A stretch of 57,165 bases of DNA, the filler included, from Deltaproteobacteria bacterium (GTDB lineage: Bacteria > CG2-30-53-67): assembly GCA_013151235.1 (NCBI GenBank). It is 4 parts of 4 records of this genome, joined end to end, with 100 filler letters (N's around TTAATTAATTAA, not from the genome) between each part and the next. Parts side by side here need not be neighbours in the genome. Positions count along the whole stretch, not along the records: positions 30,723 to 44,300 come from JAADIO010000065.1; positions 44,401 to 57,165 come from JAADIO010000060.1; 2 more parts are not named here. One strand, written 5' to 3'. Both the position numbers and the translations under genes were made by a program. Shown here piece after piece: positions 36,751-45,625 of the stretch (position 1 is its first letter; each line of letters begins with the position of its first letter). Under the pieces are notes generated by a model, which was not told the DNA's origin, made no database searches, and worked only from the letters and a program-made list of their open reading frames with translations.

Positions 36751-37969
36751 TTTTGCCCCATGATCGTTGCTGATCGCGTAAAAAGTCCACGGATAGAATC
36801 GACTTGTAAACTGCTACCGTCTCACCGGCGTTCCGTTCCAACGTAAAGCCCGTTGCCGTCTCCGGTGCCCGCCGGGACATGGCGTCCCGCCGGACCGGGT
36901 TCATCATTTCTCGAAAGGCATGGGCCAGGGCATCAATCTCATCTGTTCTTTCGATGACAAAACCGGTCTTCCCCTCCTGCACCACTTCAGAACCGCCGGC
37001 CATCTTCGTTGTAATGACGGGAAGACCGCACGCCAGGGCCTCAAGATGGACATTGGCGAAGGAGTCGTACCGGCTCGGCAGGACAAAGAAATCGGCAGCA
37101 CCATAAAACCGCTCAGGGTCCCCGACCGGCCCGTGAAACAGCAGGGACCGCTCGACACCGAGGTGACGCGCCTGCCGGACATAGGGGATGGCTTTTCCGC
37201 GTCCGAGGACCAATACCCGGGGCCGCTCATCCGGAGCAAGGCGGGCCAGGGCGGAGACGACGGCGTCAAGCCCCTTGCGCTGGAAATTGTTGGCGGCGAA
37301 AAGGGCAACCACCTCCGATTCCCTCAGCCCGAGTTCACAACGCACCATGGAACGATACTTTTTTACTCCCGGATGAAACTGGCCATGATCCACCCCATTA
37401 TATACAACGGTAATCCGGTCCTCCGGATAATCATAGTACTTCCTCAGGATCCTCTTTTCCAGTTCGGAAATCGTAATCACCCAGCCGGTATTTTCCCGTT
37501 CCATGATCTTCTTTTCAAAATAGTAATTCAAAATGTGGACGGGGTTGAAAAGGTGTTTCAAAAACCGCTCCATAAGCGAAGGGCATCGCACCTTCATCCA
37601 CTCCCGGTGTACCTCACCCCCCAAACGGAAGACATCACAGGGATAAACCATGGTAAGGCTCTGCACAATATCCAGATCGTCCCGCATTTCCCGAATCATT
37701 TTCCGGGACTCCAGAAAGAAACCGAGGATTCTCAGGAAAGAAGGCTTTTTCATCATCGGAACGGAATGAAAAACAATCCCCTGCGTTTCCGGCTCGGCGA
37801 AAACCGCAGCAACGATGTGGACCTCATGCCCCATCTTTGCGAGCGCCCGGCTCAGATTCACAAAATAGCGTTCCGCACCGCCCTTGCCGCTGTCATAGTC
37901 CCGCATCACCAGGGCAATGCGGAGCGGACCGTCCGGATCTCTCTTCGCCCGCTCCCGCTCAAACACCAT
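36734..37969 (-). CDS. Glycosyltransferase family 4 (WaaG-like)
   Basis: GGAERY, FQRKGL and LPSRYDSFANVHLEALACGLP motifs. Confidence 0.9.
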   Translation of the reverse strand: MVFERERAKRDPDGPLRIALVMRDYDSGKGGAERYFVNLSRALAKMGHEVHIVAAVFAEPETQGIVFHSVPMMKKPSFLRILGFFLESRKMIREMRDDLDIVQSLTMVYPCDVFRLGGEVHREWMKVRCPSLMERFLKHLFNPVHILNYYFEKKIMERENTGWVITISELEKRILRKYYDYPEDRITVVYNGVDHGQFHPGVKKYRSMVRCELGLRESEVVALFAANNFQRKGLDAVVSALARLAPDERPRVLVLGRGKAIPYVRQARHLGVERSLLFHGPVGDPERFYGAADFFVLPSRYDSFANVHLEALACGLPVITTKMAGGSEVVQEGKTGFVIERTDEIDALAHAFREMMNPVRRDAMSRRAPETATGFTLERNAGETVAVYKSILSVDFLRDQQRSWGKSEHKI

Positions 37970-38831
37970 TCACCCCATCCCTCCCATCAAGAATCCCTGT
38001 AATATCGCCCTTTGCCACCCTCACGCGATTCCCCCTTGTCCGGACATGCACCAACAGTTTTTCATCAACCTGCTCCTCGATGCGGTGCAAAAAAAAGTTC
38101 CTGCGCCGCTCCCCGAACCGCCGGCACTCCAGGTAGGCCCGCAGGAAATCCGCCATGCCCGGCAGCGAGGTATTCATGTTTTCCATAAGGTCGACGAGAA
38201 AACGACTCACATCACGGGCAAATCGTTCCTCTTTCCGGAAGGATGCCTTCCCCGCACCGTCAAGGTCGATCAACCGCGCAATCCCCCGGACCTCTTCGGT
38301 CACCAGGATATTCGACCATTTCAGGTCGCCATGATAAAGACCGGCGCCATGGATCCGGGCCGCATCCCGGCCGATGGCGGAAAGGATCTTTGATTCCAGG
38401 AAGAGCGTCTCCCCGGCCCGCCGGTACCGTTCCGTCAGGTTTTCCGCTTCCGGAAGAAACTCATAGCAAAGGTAGCTTTCACGGGGGATTTTGAAACGTC
38501 TTCTCTCCAGCAGAGCAACGGGACGGGGAGTAGGGATCCCCGCCCGAAGAAACAGGTCCGAACGGCGGACCGCTTTCGCACCCCGGCTTCCTCCCAGCAG
38601 ACTTCGCAGGGCTTGCATCCAGCCACGAAAACGGTAATGTTTCAAGAGAAACTTCCGCCCGCCACAGACAAACTGAACGGTCCGGGTGTTTCCCATCGAC
38701 TTGAGAATCTTCGCCCGACCGTCGTGAAACCAGCGGTCGGGATCCCGGAGACAGTCCTGCAACCCGGGATCCGCATATTTCACATCAATCACGCCGATGA
38801 GATCGCTGCAATGAAAACAGGCCCCTTTCAC
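37959..38831 (-). CDS. Lipopolysaccharide kinase (Kdo/WaaP/InaA family)
   Basis: LLKHY, GIPTPRP, HGDLKWSNIL and LIDLD motifs. Confidence 0.88.
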   Translation of the reverse strand: MKGACFHCSDLIGVIDVKYADPGLQDCLRDPDRWFHDGRAKILKSMGNTRTVQFVCGGRKFLLKHYRFRGWMQALRSLLGGSRGAKAVRRSDLFLRAGIPTPRPVALLERRRFKIPRESYLCYEFLPEAENLTERYRRAGETLFLESKILSAIGRDAARIHGAGLYHGDLKWSNILVTEEVRGIARLIDLDGAGKASFRKEERFARDVSRFLVDLMENMNTSLPGMADFLRAYLECRRFGERRRNFFLHRIEEQVDEKLLVHVRTRGNRVRVAKGDITGILDGRDGVNGV

Positions 38832-39979
38832 CGTGCCTCTCCTGCAACATTCTGCTTCAAGAGTTTCAGGACCGTATCCACCTCATGCAATACGGCAGAA
38901 ACCGTGATCCCCTTCATGCACCGATGGTCATCGCAATCGTAACGATAGCAGGGAGCACATTCCGCCCCGACACAGATATTCCGTTGCCGGAGCGGATCGG
39001 AGTCATGGCGCCACTTTGCAAACTCCCCCGGGCCGAAGAGGGCCACGAACGGCAGGCCAACGGCTGCCGCAATATGCATGGGCCCGGAGTCGACGGTGAT
39101 CAAGAAGTCCACCCGACGCAGGAAAGCCGGCAACTCCCGGAGAGTTGTTTGTCCGGCGAGGGAAATGGACCCTTGCCGCATCTTTGCCCGAATCGACTCG
39201 ATCAGTCCCTTCTCCTCCTCCGAACCGATCCAGCAGAGCCGCACCCGATGGTCCTTCACCAACGTATCGGCAACCTCGGCAAAACGATCCTCCATCCATC
39301 TCCGGGAAGGCCGCTTCGTTCCCGGCGACATCACGACCAGGGGACCGGGACCGGCGAGCTCCTCCAAGAGACGATCCGCCTTCCGTAGATCGTCCGCACC
39401 GAACCAATCGTAACGCGCCACCGGGTCGGGATCATCAATACCACAAGCCTCCGCCAATTTCAGGTTGCGCCGCAGCTCGGTTTCTTCCGGATCAAAGGAG
39501 GGTGAGCGGTAGAAAAGAGAAGGCAGTTTTTCCCTTTTCCATACCGAACCGAGGAGCACCTTCTCATACCCCACCAGGACCTTCGCTCCCCCCATGACAC
39601 CCCAGGGAACCCTTCCGTAGTCCTGGGTGGAAATCACGAAAAGATCCGGGCGGAAGTTCCGGATTTCACGGATCAACCGGATCTTGTTTTTCAGTCCTTT
39701 GCCACGGACACGGATCAGACCGTCAAGATCAGGGCAGCCCTCCACGATCTCCACGCCCCCCGGATGCTTCACGAGGAGCCGGATTTCAGCCTCGGGATAG
39801 CCCCTGCGGAAGGCACGGATCGTCGGCAGGAAGACAATCATGTCTCCCACGTTCTGCAGGCGGGTCAGGAGAATTCGCCGTGGATTACGCAACAGTTGTT
39901 TCACCCCCGGACGTTTCAGAACATACGTCCGGAAACGGGAGAACCTGAAAACCACCCACAGAAGAGAATCGAGAATCAT
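38828..39979 (-). CDS. Glycosyltransferase family 9
   Basis: VGDM and DSGPMHIAAAVGLPFVALFGP motifs. Confidence 0.9.
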   Translation of the reverse strand: MILDSLLWVVFRFSRFRTYVLKRPGVKQLLRNPRRILLTRLQNVGDMIVFLPTIRAFRRGYPEAEIRLLVKHPGGVEIVEGCPDLDGLIRVRGKGLKNKIRLIREIRNFRPDLFVISTQDYGRVPWGVMGGAKVLVGYEKVLLGSVWKREKLPSLFYRSPSFDPEETELRRNLKLAEACGIDDPDPVARYDWFGADDLRKADRLLEELAGPGPLVVMSPGTKRPSRRWMEDRFAEVADTLVKDHRVRLCWIGSEEEKGLIESIRAKMRQGSISLAGQTTLRELPAFLRRVDFLITVDSGPMHIAAAVGLPFVALFGPGEFAKWRHDSDPLRQRNICVGAECAPCYRYDCDDHRCMKGITVSAVLHEVDTVLKLLKQNVAGEAR

Positions 39980-41133
39980 TGCCCTTTGTCTTCCCTGTCC
40001 CTGCTCACTTCTTCAAGATAGACTCGCTCGAAATTCCGGGCCACACCATCAAGAGAGAATTCCTCCTCCACTCGAAGGCGTGACTTTTTCCCCAGGTCGA
40101 AAAGGGCCTCTCTCCCCAAATTCAGGAAGCTCTCTATCGCTGCGGTCAGAACATTCACATCCGAGGGAGGAACGAGGCGCCCCGCCTCCATTCCCTGAAG
40201 AACTTCCGGGATCCCTCCGACATCGGATCCGACAACGGGAACTCCGGTGGCCATCGCCTCCAGCATCGACAGGCCGAGCCCCTCGAAGAGAGAAGGAAAA
40301 ACAAAAAGGTCAATGCCCTGCAGGAAACCGGAGATATCGCGGCGAAACCCCAGGAACCGGACCTTTTCCTCAATCCCAAGGTGGACCGTTTCCTCTTTCA
40401 AGTCTTCTTCCAGGGGTCCATCTCCGACAATCTTTAGAAGGGCCAGGGGAAAACGGTCGAGAATCCGGGCAAAGGCCTGGAGAAGATAACGTTGGCCCTT
40501 TGTATGGACCAGACGACCAATATTCCCGATCACGGGCCAGTGATCCACATCCGGCGGGTCACGACGCAAAGGAAACCGGTCAAGGTCAATACCGTTATGT
40601 ACTACATGGACCTTACCCGGATCGAGCCAGCGGTTCGCACACAGGATATCCTGCCGGACCCCTTCTGAAAGGGCGAGGATCCGCGCGACCCGTGGAAAAA
40701 GGAAACGGTTCGTCACTCTTCGGCTGAACGTACGGGACCGGCGCATGCTCCGGACCGAAGCGACAACCGGAATCCCGCGCCGACGGCTCAACGTAACAGC
40801 CAGGACGGCATAGAGAACACTCTTGTGGCGATTGCAATGAATCAGGTCGATCTTCTCCTCGTCCAGCAGAGATCGTAATTGCAGCGGAATCCTGAGGGCA
40901 AACCCTTTGAGTTCCTCCGGACCGAAACCGAGAAACCGAACCGGATAAGTTCCCGGCGTGACCCCATCTTCCGGTTCCCGTCCCAGGTAACATAAAACGG
41001 AATGAAAACGGTCTCGATCGAGACGGCCGACATAATCATTAACCGTATCTCCCGTCCGGCTGAACTTCGGTACCAGATGGAGGATTCGTATTTTTTCCCG
41101 CATGGTCGGCACCTGTCTTTGCAAGTCCATCAC
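39976..41133 (-). CDS. Glycosyltransferase family 4
   Basis: HNGID, GRLVHTKG and PSLFEGLGLSMLEAMA motifs; start may be 41103. Confidence 0.9.
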   Translation of the reverse strand: MMDLQRQVPTMREKIRILHLVPKFSRTGDTVNDYVGRLDRDRFHSVLCYLGREPEDGVTPGTYPVRFLGFGPEELKGFALRIPLQLRSLLDEEKIDLIHCNRHKSVLYAVLAVTLSRRRGIPVVASVRSMRRSRTFSRRVTNRFLFPRVARILALSEGVRQDILCANRWLDPGKVHVVHNGIDLDRFPLRRDPPDVDHWPVIGNIGRLVHTKGQRYLLQAFARILDRFPLALLKIVGDGPLEEDLKEETVHLGIEEKVRFLGFRRDISGFLQGIDLFVFPSLFEGLGLSMLEAMATGVPVVGSDVGGIPEVLQGMEAGRLVPPSDVNVLTAAIESFLNLGREALFDLGKKSRLRVEEEFSLDGVARNFERVYLEEVSRDREDKGQ

Positions 41134-41239
41134 TTAGAACCGGAGGAAGCGCAAAAGATAGCACGATTTTTCTGCCGTATCAAATTTGATGGACTTGTAG
41201 AAACTCATATTTCCCCACCCTCACCCCTCCCCTCCCCCT

Positions 41240-42448
41240 TCAAGGGAAATGAAGTTCAGCGGAAAAACATTCCCCATAAATCTGCTCAACATCCCGGACC
41301 ATCCGGTCAAGACTGAAGGCCTCTTCAATCCGTTTCCGGGCAGACCACGCCCTCCTCTGCCGTTCGTCTGGAGGGGAAACCGCAGCCTTCGACATGGCTC
41401 GGCTCAAAAGCTTGACTGCACCCGCGGGAACGGTCCATCCGAAAACGGGATCGCTCAAAACCTCCGGGATTCCTCCCGCATCGGAGGCAATGACCGGCAC
41501 ACCGACGGCCATCGCCTCCAGCAAAGCCAGGGGAAGGCCTTCGGCCAAGGAAGGAAGAACGAAAAAATCAAGTTCCTCCAAAAAGACTGCTACGTCATTC
41601 CGGAACCCGACAAAGTGAACCTTTCCTTCAATACCCAGCCTGCGGACCTCCTCTTTTAGACAGCCCTTCAGCGGACCCACACCGGCAATCTTGAGGACGG
41701 CCTCGGGGACGCGGGAAAGAACTTCGGCAAAAGCACGGAGAAGAAGGTCATACCCCTTCGTCGGAACCAGCCTTCCCATCGTTCCGAAAACCGGACGATC
41801 CATCTTGAGGAAACCGTTTCGTCGCAGGGGAAATCGTGATGTGTCGATGCCGTTGTAGACAACACGGACCTTTGCCGGATCAAGGCGGGGGTTGGATTGC
41901 AGGATGTCGTTCCGGACCGCCTTCGAGACCGCCAGAATCCTTGTGATGCGTGGAAAGAGTAAGCGGTTCGTCAGACGCCGCAGGAAAGTCCGCGTCCTTC
42001 CCATTCCATGGACCGTAATGACAACAGGTATGTCTCTGCGGCTTCTTCGTGCGGCAAGTGTCCCGTAGAGTGCTCCCTTGTGCCGGTGGCAGTGGACCAG
42101 ATCGATCTCCTCGCTGTCAATCAGCGCCCCCAAACGGCGAACAAGGGAAAAGGAAAAACGGCGAAGCTCCCGGTGCGTACTTCCCATAAAATGAACGGGA
42201 TATACCTCTTCATTTCCATCGCCGGGATTATGATCCAGATAACAGAGGGAGGAAGAAAAACGGCCGGTATCCAACCGGCCGACATAGTGGTGTATCAAAT
42301 CGTCCCGACGACTGAACTTGGGGACAAGATGCAAAACCCGTCGAGGACTCCCCAAAATCGTGTTTTCAACGGCTGACCTCTTGGAATTCAAAGACGCCCC
42401 TTTTTTCTCAACCGGAAACGGGTCTTTCGAAGAATCTTTGTCATCCAT
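41240..42448 (-). CDS. Glycosyltransferase family 4, paralog of 39976-41133
   Basis: Shared LHLVPKFSR, IHCNRHK/VHCHRHK and TNR.LFPR motifs; PSLAEGLPLALLEAMA. Confidence 0.9.
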   Translation of the reverse strand: MDDKDSSKDPFPVEKKGASLNSKRSAVENTILGSPRRVLHLVPKFSRRDDLIHHYVGRLDTGRFSSSLCYLDHNPGDGNEEVYPVHFMGSTHRELRRFSFSLVRRLGALIDSEEIDLVHCHRHKGALYGTLAARRSRRDIPVVITVHGMGRTRTFLRRLTNRLLFPRITRILAVSKAVRNDILQSNPRLDPAKVRVVYNGIDTSRFPLRRNGFLKMDRPVFGTMGRLVPTKGYDLLLRAFAEVLSRVPEAVLKIAGVGPLKGCLKEEVRRLGIEGKVHFVGFRNDVAVFLEELDFFVLPSLAEGLPLALLEAMAVGVPVIASDAGGIPEVLSDPVFGWTVPAGAVKLLSRAMSKAAVSPPDERQRRAWSARKRIEEAFSLDRMVRDVEQIYGECFSAELHFP

Positions 42449-43200
42449 ACTTTTTTTTGCGGGATCAGGCCCGGATTCTCCTCAAGGTAGGCACAAAAAA
42501 AACGGACCCGGTCGGTCCGTGTAACTCCCTTAAAGGCATACATATTCGCCTGAACCAGGTTCTTGAGCCGTTTGCGATCCGGAAGATTCCGGTACCGACG
42601 TGTCCGCTCATTGTCTATCAGGAAAAATTTCGGGGGGTCGCCTTCCCGGACAAGGACGTTCCGCTCCCGGAGGTCCCCCTGGAAGATCCCTTCCCGGTGC
42701 AGCCGCCCGATCACCCGACCGTATTCCTTTAGGAAATTTCGTTTACGAACGATCCATGCCGCATCGCGGCCGGGAAGATCACGGTCAAGGTAAGCGGCAA
42801 GTTCCGTCACATCCGGCACCGCCTCGGTCACAAAGATCGAACGGACGACAATCCCGAGACGCCTCTCCTCCCCGACGCAAACGGGAGATGCGGTATCGAA
42901 ACCATGATCTATGAGTATCAAGCTTCCCATGAGGGCGCGCTTCGCCCGGGACGAGCGGACCAACACCGACAACCGGTCGCGGAGATTGCGGAAGAGAAAC
43001 TCTTTGTAGAAAAAATATTTAACCTCCCCTCCGGTCTCAGCCTTAAAGCGAACCACCTTCGCATAACGGGAGCTCGCAACCTTCTCCGCACCTTGAAGAT
43101 CGCCGGAAAAGATTGCCGTTATTCGATCCCGCAGTACAGGGCTGTCATTGAAGGGAAGAACGAAATTCAACTGCAGGGAGGAACGACCGGAAGAACTCAT
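42388..43200 (-). CDS. Lipopolysaccharide kinase (InaA family)
   Basis: FYKEF, QGDLRERNVL, LIDNE and KNLVQ motifs. Confidence 0.85.
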   Translation of the reverse strand: MSSSGRSSLQLNFVLPFNDSPVLRDRITAIFSGDLQGAEKVASSRYAKVVRFKAETGGEVKYFFYKEFLFRNLRDRLSVLVRSSRAKRALMGSLILIDHGFDTASPVCVGEERRLGIVVRSIFVTEAVPDVTELAAYLDRDLPGRDAAWIVRKRNFLKEYGRVIGRLHREGIFQGDLRERNVLVREGDPPKFFLIDNERTRRYRNLPDRKRLKNLVQANMYAFKGVTRTDRVRFFCAYLEENPGLIPQKKVWMTKILRKTRFRLRKKGRL

Positions 43201-43634
43201 GCCTCTTGGATCTTCTCCAGGAAAGCCTCGATCTCTTCGATGAACTCCTGAAAATCCTTGTACCCTCCCTTGCAGTTCTCCAGGAGTTTCCCGTCACCAA
43301 TCATCCAATAACGGTGTACCAGGGAATTCCTGAAGTCAAAAAACGGTTTCAAGGAAGATGCAAGCCCTTCCGAAATCAGGTTATTTTCAAAGGCCTTCCG
43401 AACTGAATCGATATAGCCTTTCACCGGGACACCGAAATGCTTGGCGAGGATATGTTGCAAGACCAGCGAGATCGCTTCCGAAAGCTCCACAAGCGAGTAT
43501 TTCAAACTTTTCATCAAGTGCCTGTTCCGGAGGATCTCTTCTTCACCATACTCACCGAACAGGTCTTCGATCTCCCGGACATTCGCAAGGATCTCCACAA
43601 GATACCGTTGGATCCGCGTCCGGTCGACCTTCAT
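43197..43634 (-). CDS. DUF86/HEPN ribonuclease toxin (HepT-like)
   Basis: RNSLVHRY (RX4H plus Y) motif; overlaps the MNT gene. Confidence 0.9.
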   Translation of the reverse strand: MKVDRTRIQRYLVEILANVREIEDLFGEYGEEEILRNRHLMKSLKYSLVELSEAISLVLQHILAKHFGVPVKGYIDSVRKAFENNLISEGLASSLKPFFDFRNSLVHRYWMIGDGKLLENCKGGYKDFQEFIEEIEAFLEKIQEA

Positions 43635-44044
43635 CGGAACACCTCATCCAGAAGGGCACAATTGACACGATACTCGTTGGACACCTTTTCGATTAAATCG
43701 GTGCGGATCTCGGGATCTCTGTCGACAAGGAGGAGACCGTCACAGAGAATATTGATCACAAAATCGTAAGGGGCATCGTTCATCACACGAACATCAAAGA
43801 AGTCGGCGGGGACATCGAGAAGTCCCGCCGCTGTCAAAGCCCCGGCAAGCAGTTCCCGAATATCGACGGAGACTCGGAAAGGGTCCTCCGGTGTTTTGAG
43901 AAACAGGAAGAGGTCGATATCACGGAAGGCTCCGCCGGTAACGAAAGAACCATAAAGGTAGGCAAAAAGAACCCGCGCGTCCGCCTTCAGCGTGTCGGCA
44001 ATCAACCTTGTGATTTTCTCTTTTTCATCTTTTTGTTTCTTCAT
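43631..44044 (-). CDS. Minimal nucleotidyltransferase antitoxin (MntA-like)
   Basis: AYLYGSF...RDIDL and DVRVMNDAP motifs; start uncertain (44044/44059). Confidence 0.88.
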   Translation of the reverse strand: MKKQKDEKEKITRLIADTLKADARVLFAYLYGSFVTGGAFRDIDLFLFLKTPEDPFRVSVDIRELLAGALTAAGLLDVPADFFDVRVMNDAPYDFVINILCDGLLLVDRDPEIRTDLIEKVSNEYRVNCALLDEVFR

Positions 44045-44104
44045 GACGCGATCCATCATGCCACGGTGCCGGAAGGATGTCAAACAATCGACAAGGTCCG
44101 TTCA

Positions 44105-44184
44105 CCCTTCGACCCTTCGACGAGCTCAGGACAGGCCCTTCGACGAGCTCAGGACAGGCCCTTCGACCGGCTCGGGGCGAACGG
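44105..44184. repeat. Tandem CCCTTCGACGAGCTCAGGACAGG (23-bp) copies; interior motif of the MITE family without TIRs
   Basis: Two exact 23-bp units plus partial units. Confidence 0.8.
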
Positions 44185-44229
44185 GGCAGCAGCGGGTTCT
44201 CCATACCCGGAGTTTCGAATAATGCACCC

Positions 44230-44300
44230 TTCGTGTGCTTCTCGGATCAATCGTCCGTTCGTGTGCTTCTCGGATCAATCGTCCGTTCGTGTGCTTCTCG
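44230..44300. repeat. 28-bp tandem repeat TTCGTGTGCTTCTCGGATCAATCGTCCG (about 2.5 copies, running into the contig end)
   Basis: Exact units at 44230 and 44258, partial unit at 44286; no spacers. Confidence 0.85.
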
Positions 44301-44400
44301 NNNNNNNNNNNNNNNNNNNNNNNNNNNNNNNNNNNNNNNNNNNNTTAATTAATTAANNNNNNNNNNNNNNNNNNNNNNNNNNNNNNNNNNNNNNNNNNNN
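44301..44400. other. Artificial scaffold linker
   Basis: N-run with TTAATTAATTAA. Confidence 0.97.
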
Positions 44401-44890
44401 AGCTTGTCGAAGGAAGCCGGCCGAAGGGTCGAAGGGCTTCGTGACTTTTTACGACACCATCAACATTGAGTATATGGAGAAAAACCGTAACTGCTCAGGT
44501 TGCTTCTATTTTTCCGCAGTCATGCGGGAAAAGAGGGGTGACCTGAGTAGTTACGAAAAATCAAAGTCAAAAGCAATGGGCATGAGCCACGGGGGACAGG
44601 GGGAACACGGGGAAGGCAAGAACAATTCCCTCTCTCCAGCGGGGAGAGGGTTGGGGTGAGGGGGGACGTTAAACTTTTCCCCTGAATTGCAAGAAAGGTC
44701 AACGGCAGACTCCTCGCGGGGTGTCATGTAGGGGGCGGTTTACAGACCGCTCCGGGAGAAAGCAAAATTATAATCCCCCTCAGTTCCCCTTCACGAAGGG
44801 GGAGGACCAAGGCAAAGACATAATCCCCGTCGGTCCCCTTAGGCAAGGGGGAGGCCGTCATCCCTCGCTTCGCTGAAGGGGTGAATTGCA
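44401..44890. repeat. Mosaic cluster of several short palindromic repeat families
   Basis: MITE end (to 44461), GTAACTGCTCAGG..CCTGAGTAGTTAC (44487-44554), purine 9-mer type (about 44586), CCCTCTC..GGGAGAGGG..GGGTGAGGGG (about 44626-44665), GTAG-REP (44728), and two CCCCTT..AAGGGGG hairpins (about 44773, 44823). Confidence 0.75.
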
Positions 44891-44959
44891 AAGAAACTCA
44901 CAGGTTGTATTTCGATGCGTTGTGTGGTACAAGTAAAGATACGTTAGGAGGTACATGTA

Positions 44960-45241
44960 ATGGTTAAGATTCCAGAGATTGTTCCCGTGTCGGATCTGAG
45001 GCAAGATGCGGCCGCTGTTCTGAAACGTCTGAAAAATATTCAGGGTCCTCTCGTGATTACTCAGAGGGGCAGGGCGAGAGCGGTTCTGATCAGCATTGAC
45101 GTATATGAACGGACCCGGCAGGAGAACGAATTGCTTCGCATGCTGGCCGCAGGCGAGAAAGAAATCATGGATTCCAGGGGACACTCCCTGGACAGTGTCC
45201 TGCGAGAGGCCGACGCTTTGCTGAAGGGCGATGAATCTTGA
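44960..45241 (+). CDS. Phd/YefM family antitoxin
   Basis: IVPVSDLRQ..PLVITQRGRARAVL motif; RBS AGGAGG. Confidence 0.92.
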   Translation: MVKIPEIVPVSDLRQDAAAVLKRLKNIQGPLVITQRGRARAVLISIDVYERTRQENELLRMLAAGEKEIMDSRGHSLDSVLREADALLKGDES

Positions 45242-45522
45242 AGGTCCGCTTTACCCCTTCGGCACGGCGAAGTTTCCTGGCGGCGTTGGGTTATATTCAT
45301 CATGACAATCCGTCGGCGGCGCAGGAGTTTCGGGACAAAACGGAAAAGATTCTGCGGCGTCTGGAAAGGTTTCCGAAATCGGGCCGCAGCATCCCCGAGT
45401 TTCCCGATCTCCCTCATCGGGAGGTGATTGTCCCGCCTTACCGTTTTTTCTACCGCCTTGAGAAGAAGACTATCTGGATTGTTGCGGTTTGGCATGGAGC
45501 GCAACAGATACGGAAACCTTGA
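45238..45522 (+). CDS. RelE/ParE family toxin
   Basis: MKVRFTPSA, DNPSAA, FPKSGRSIPE, YRFFYR and VWHG motifs; 4-bp overlap with the antitoxin. Confidence 0.92.
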   Translation: MKVRFTPSARRSFLAALGYIHHDNPSAAQEFRDKTEKILRRLERFPKSGRSIPEFPDLPHREVIVPPYRFFYRLEKKTIWIVAVWHGAQQIRKP

Positions 45523-45625
45523 ACCTCTGCACCTGATTTAACACCCTATCTTTGTATTGACCCCTCCCCCCTTCCTCTGCTAAGATAACCTCCCATCCAT
45601 AATAAGATTTCCTCAGGAATTCCTC

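Noticed and set aside
44105-44300. Possible CRISPR array
   Set aside because: The 23-bp and 28-bp repeats are head-to-tail with no unique spacers, and no cas genes are present.
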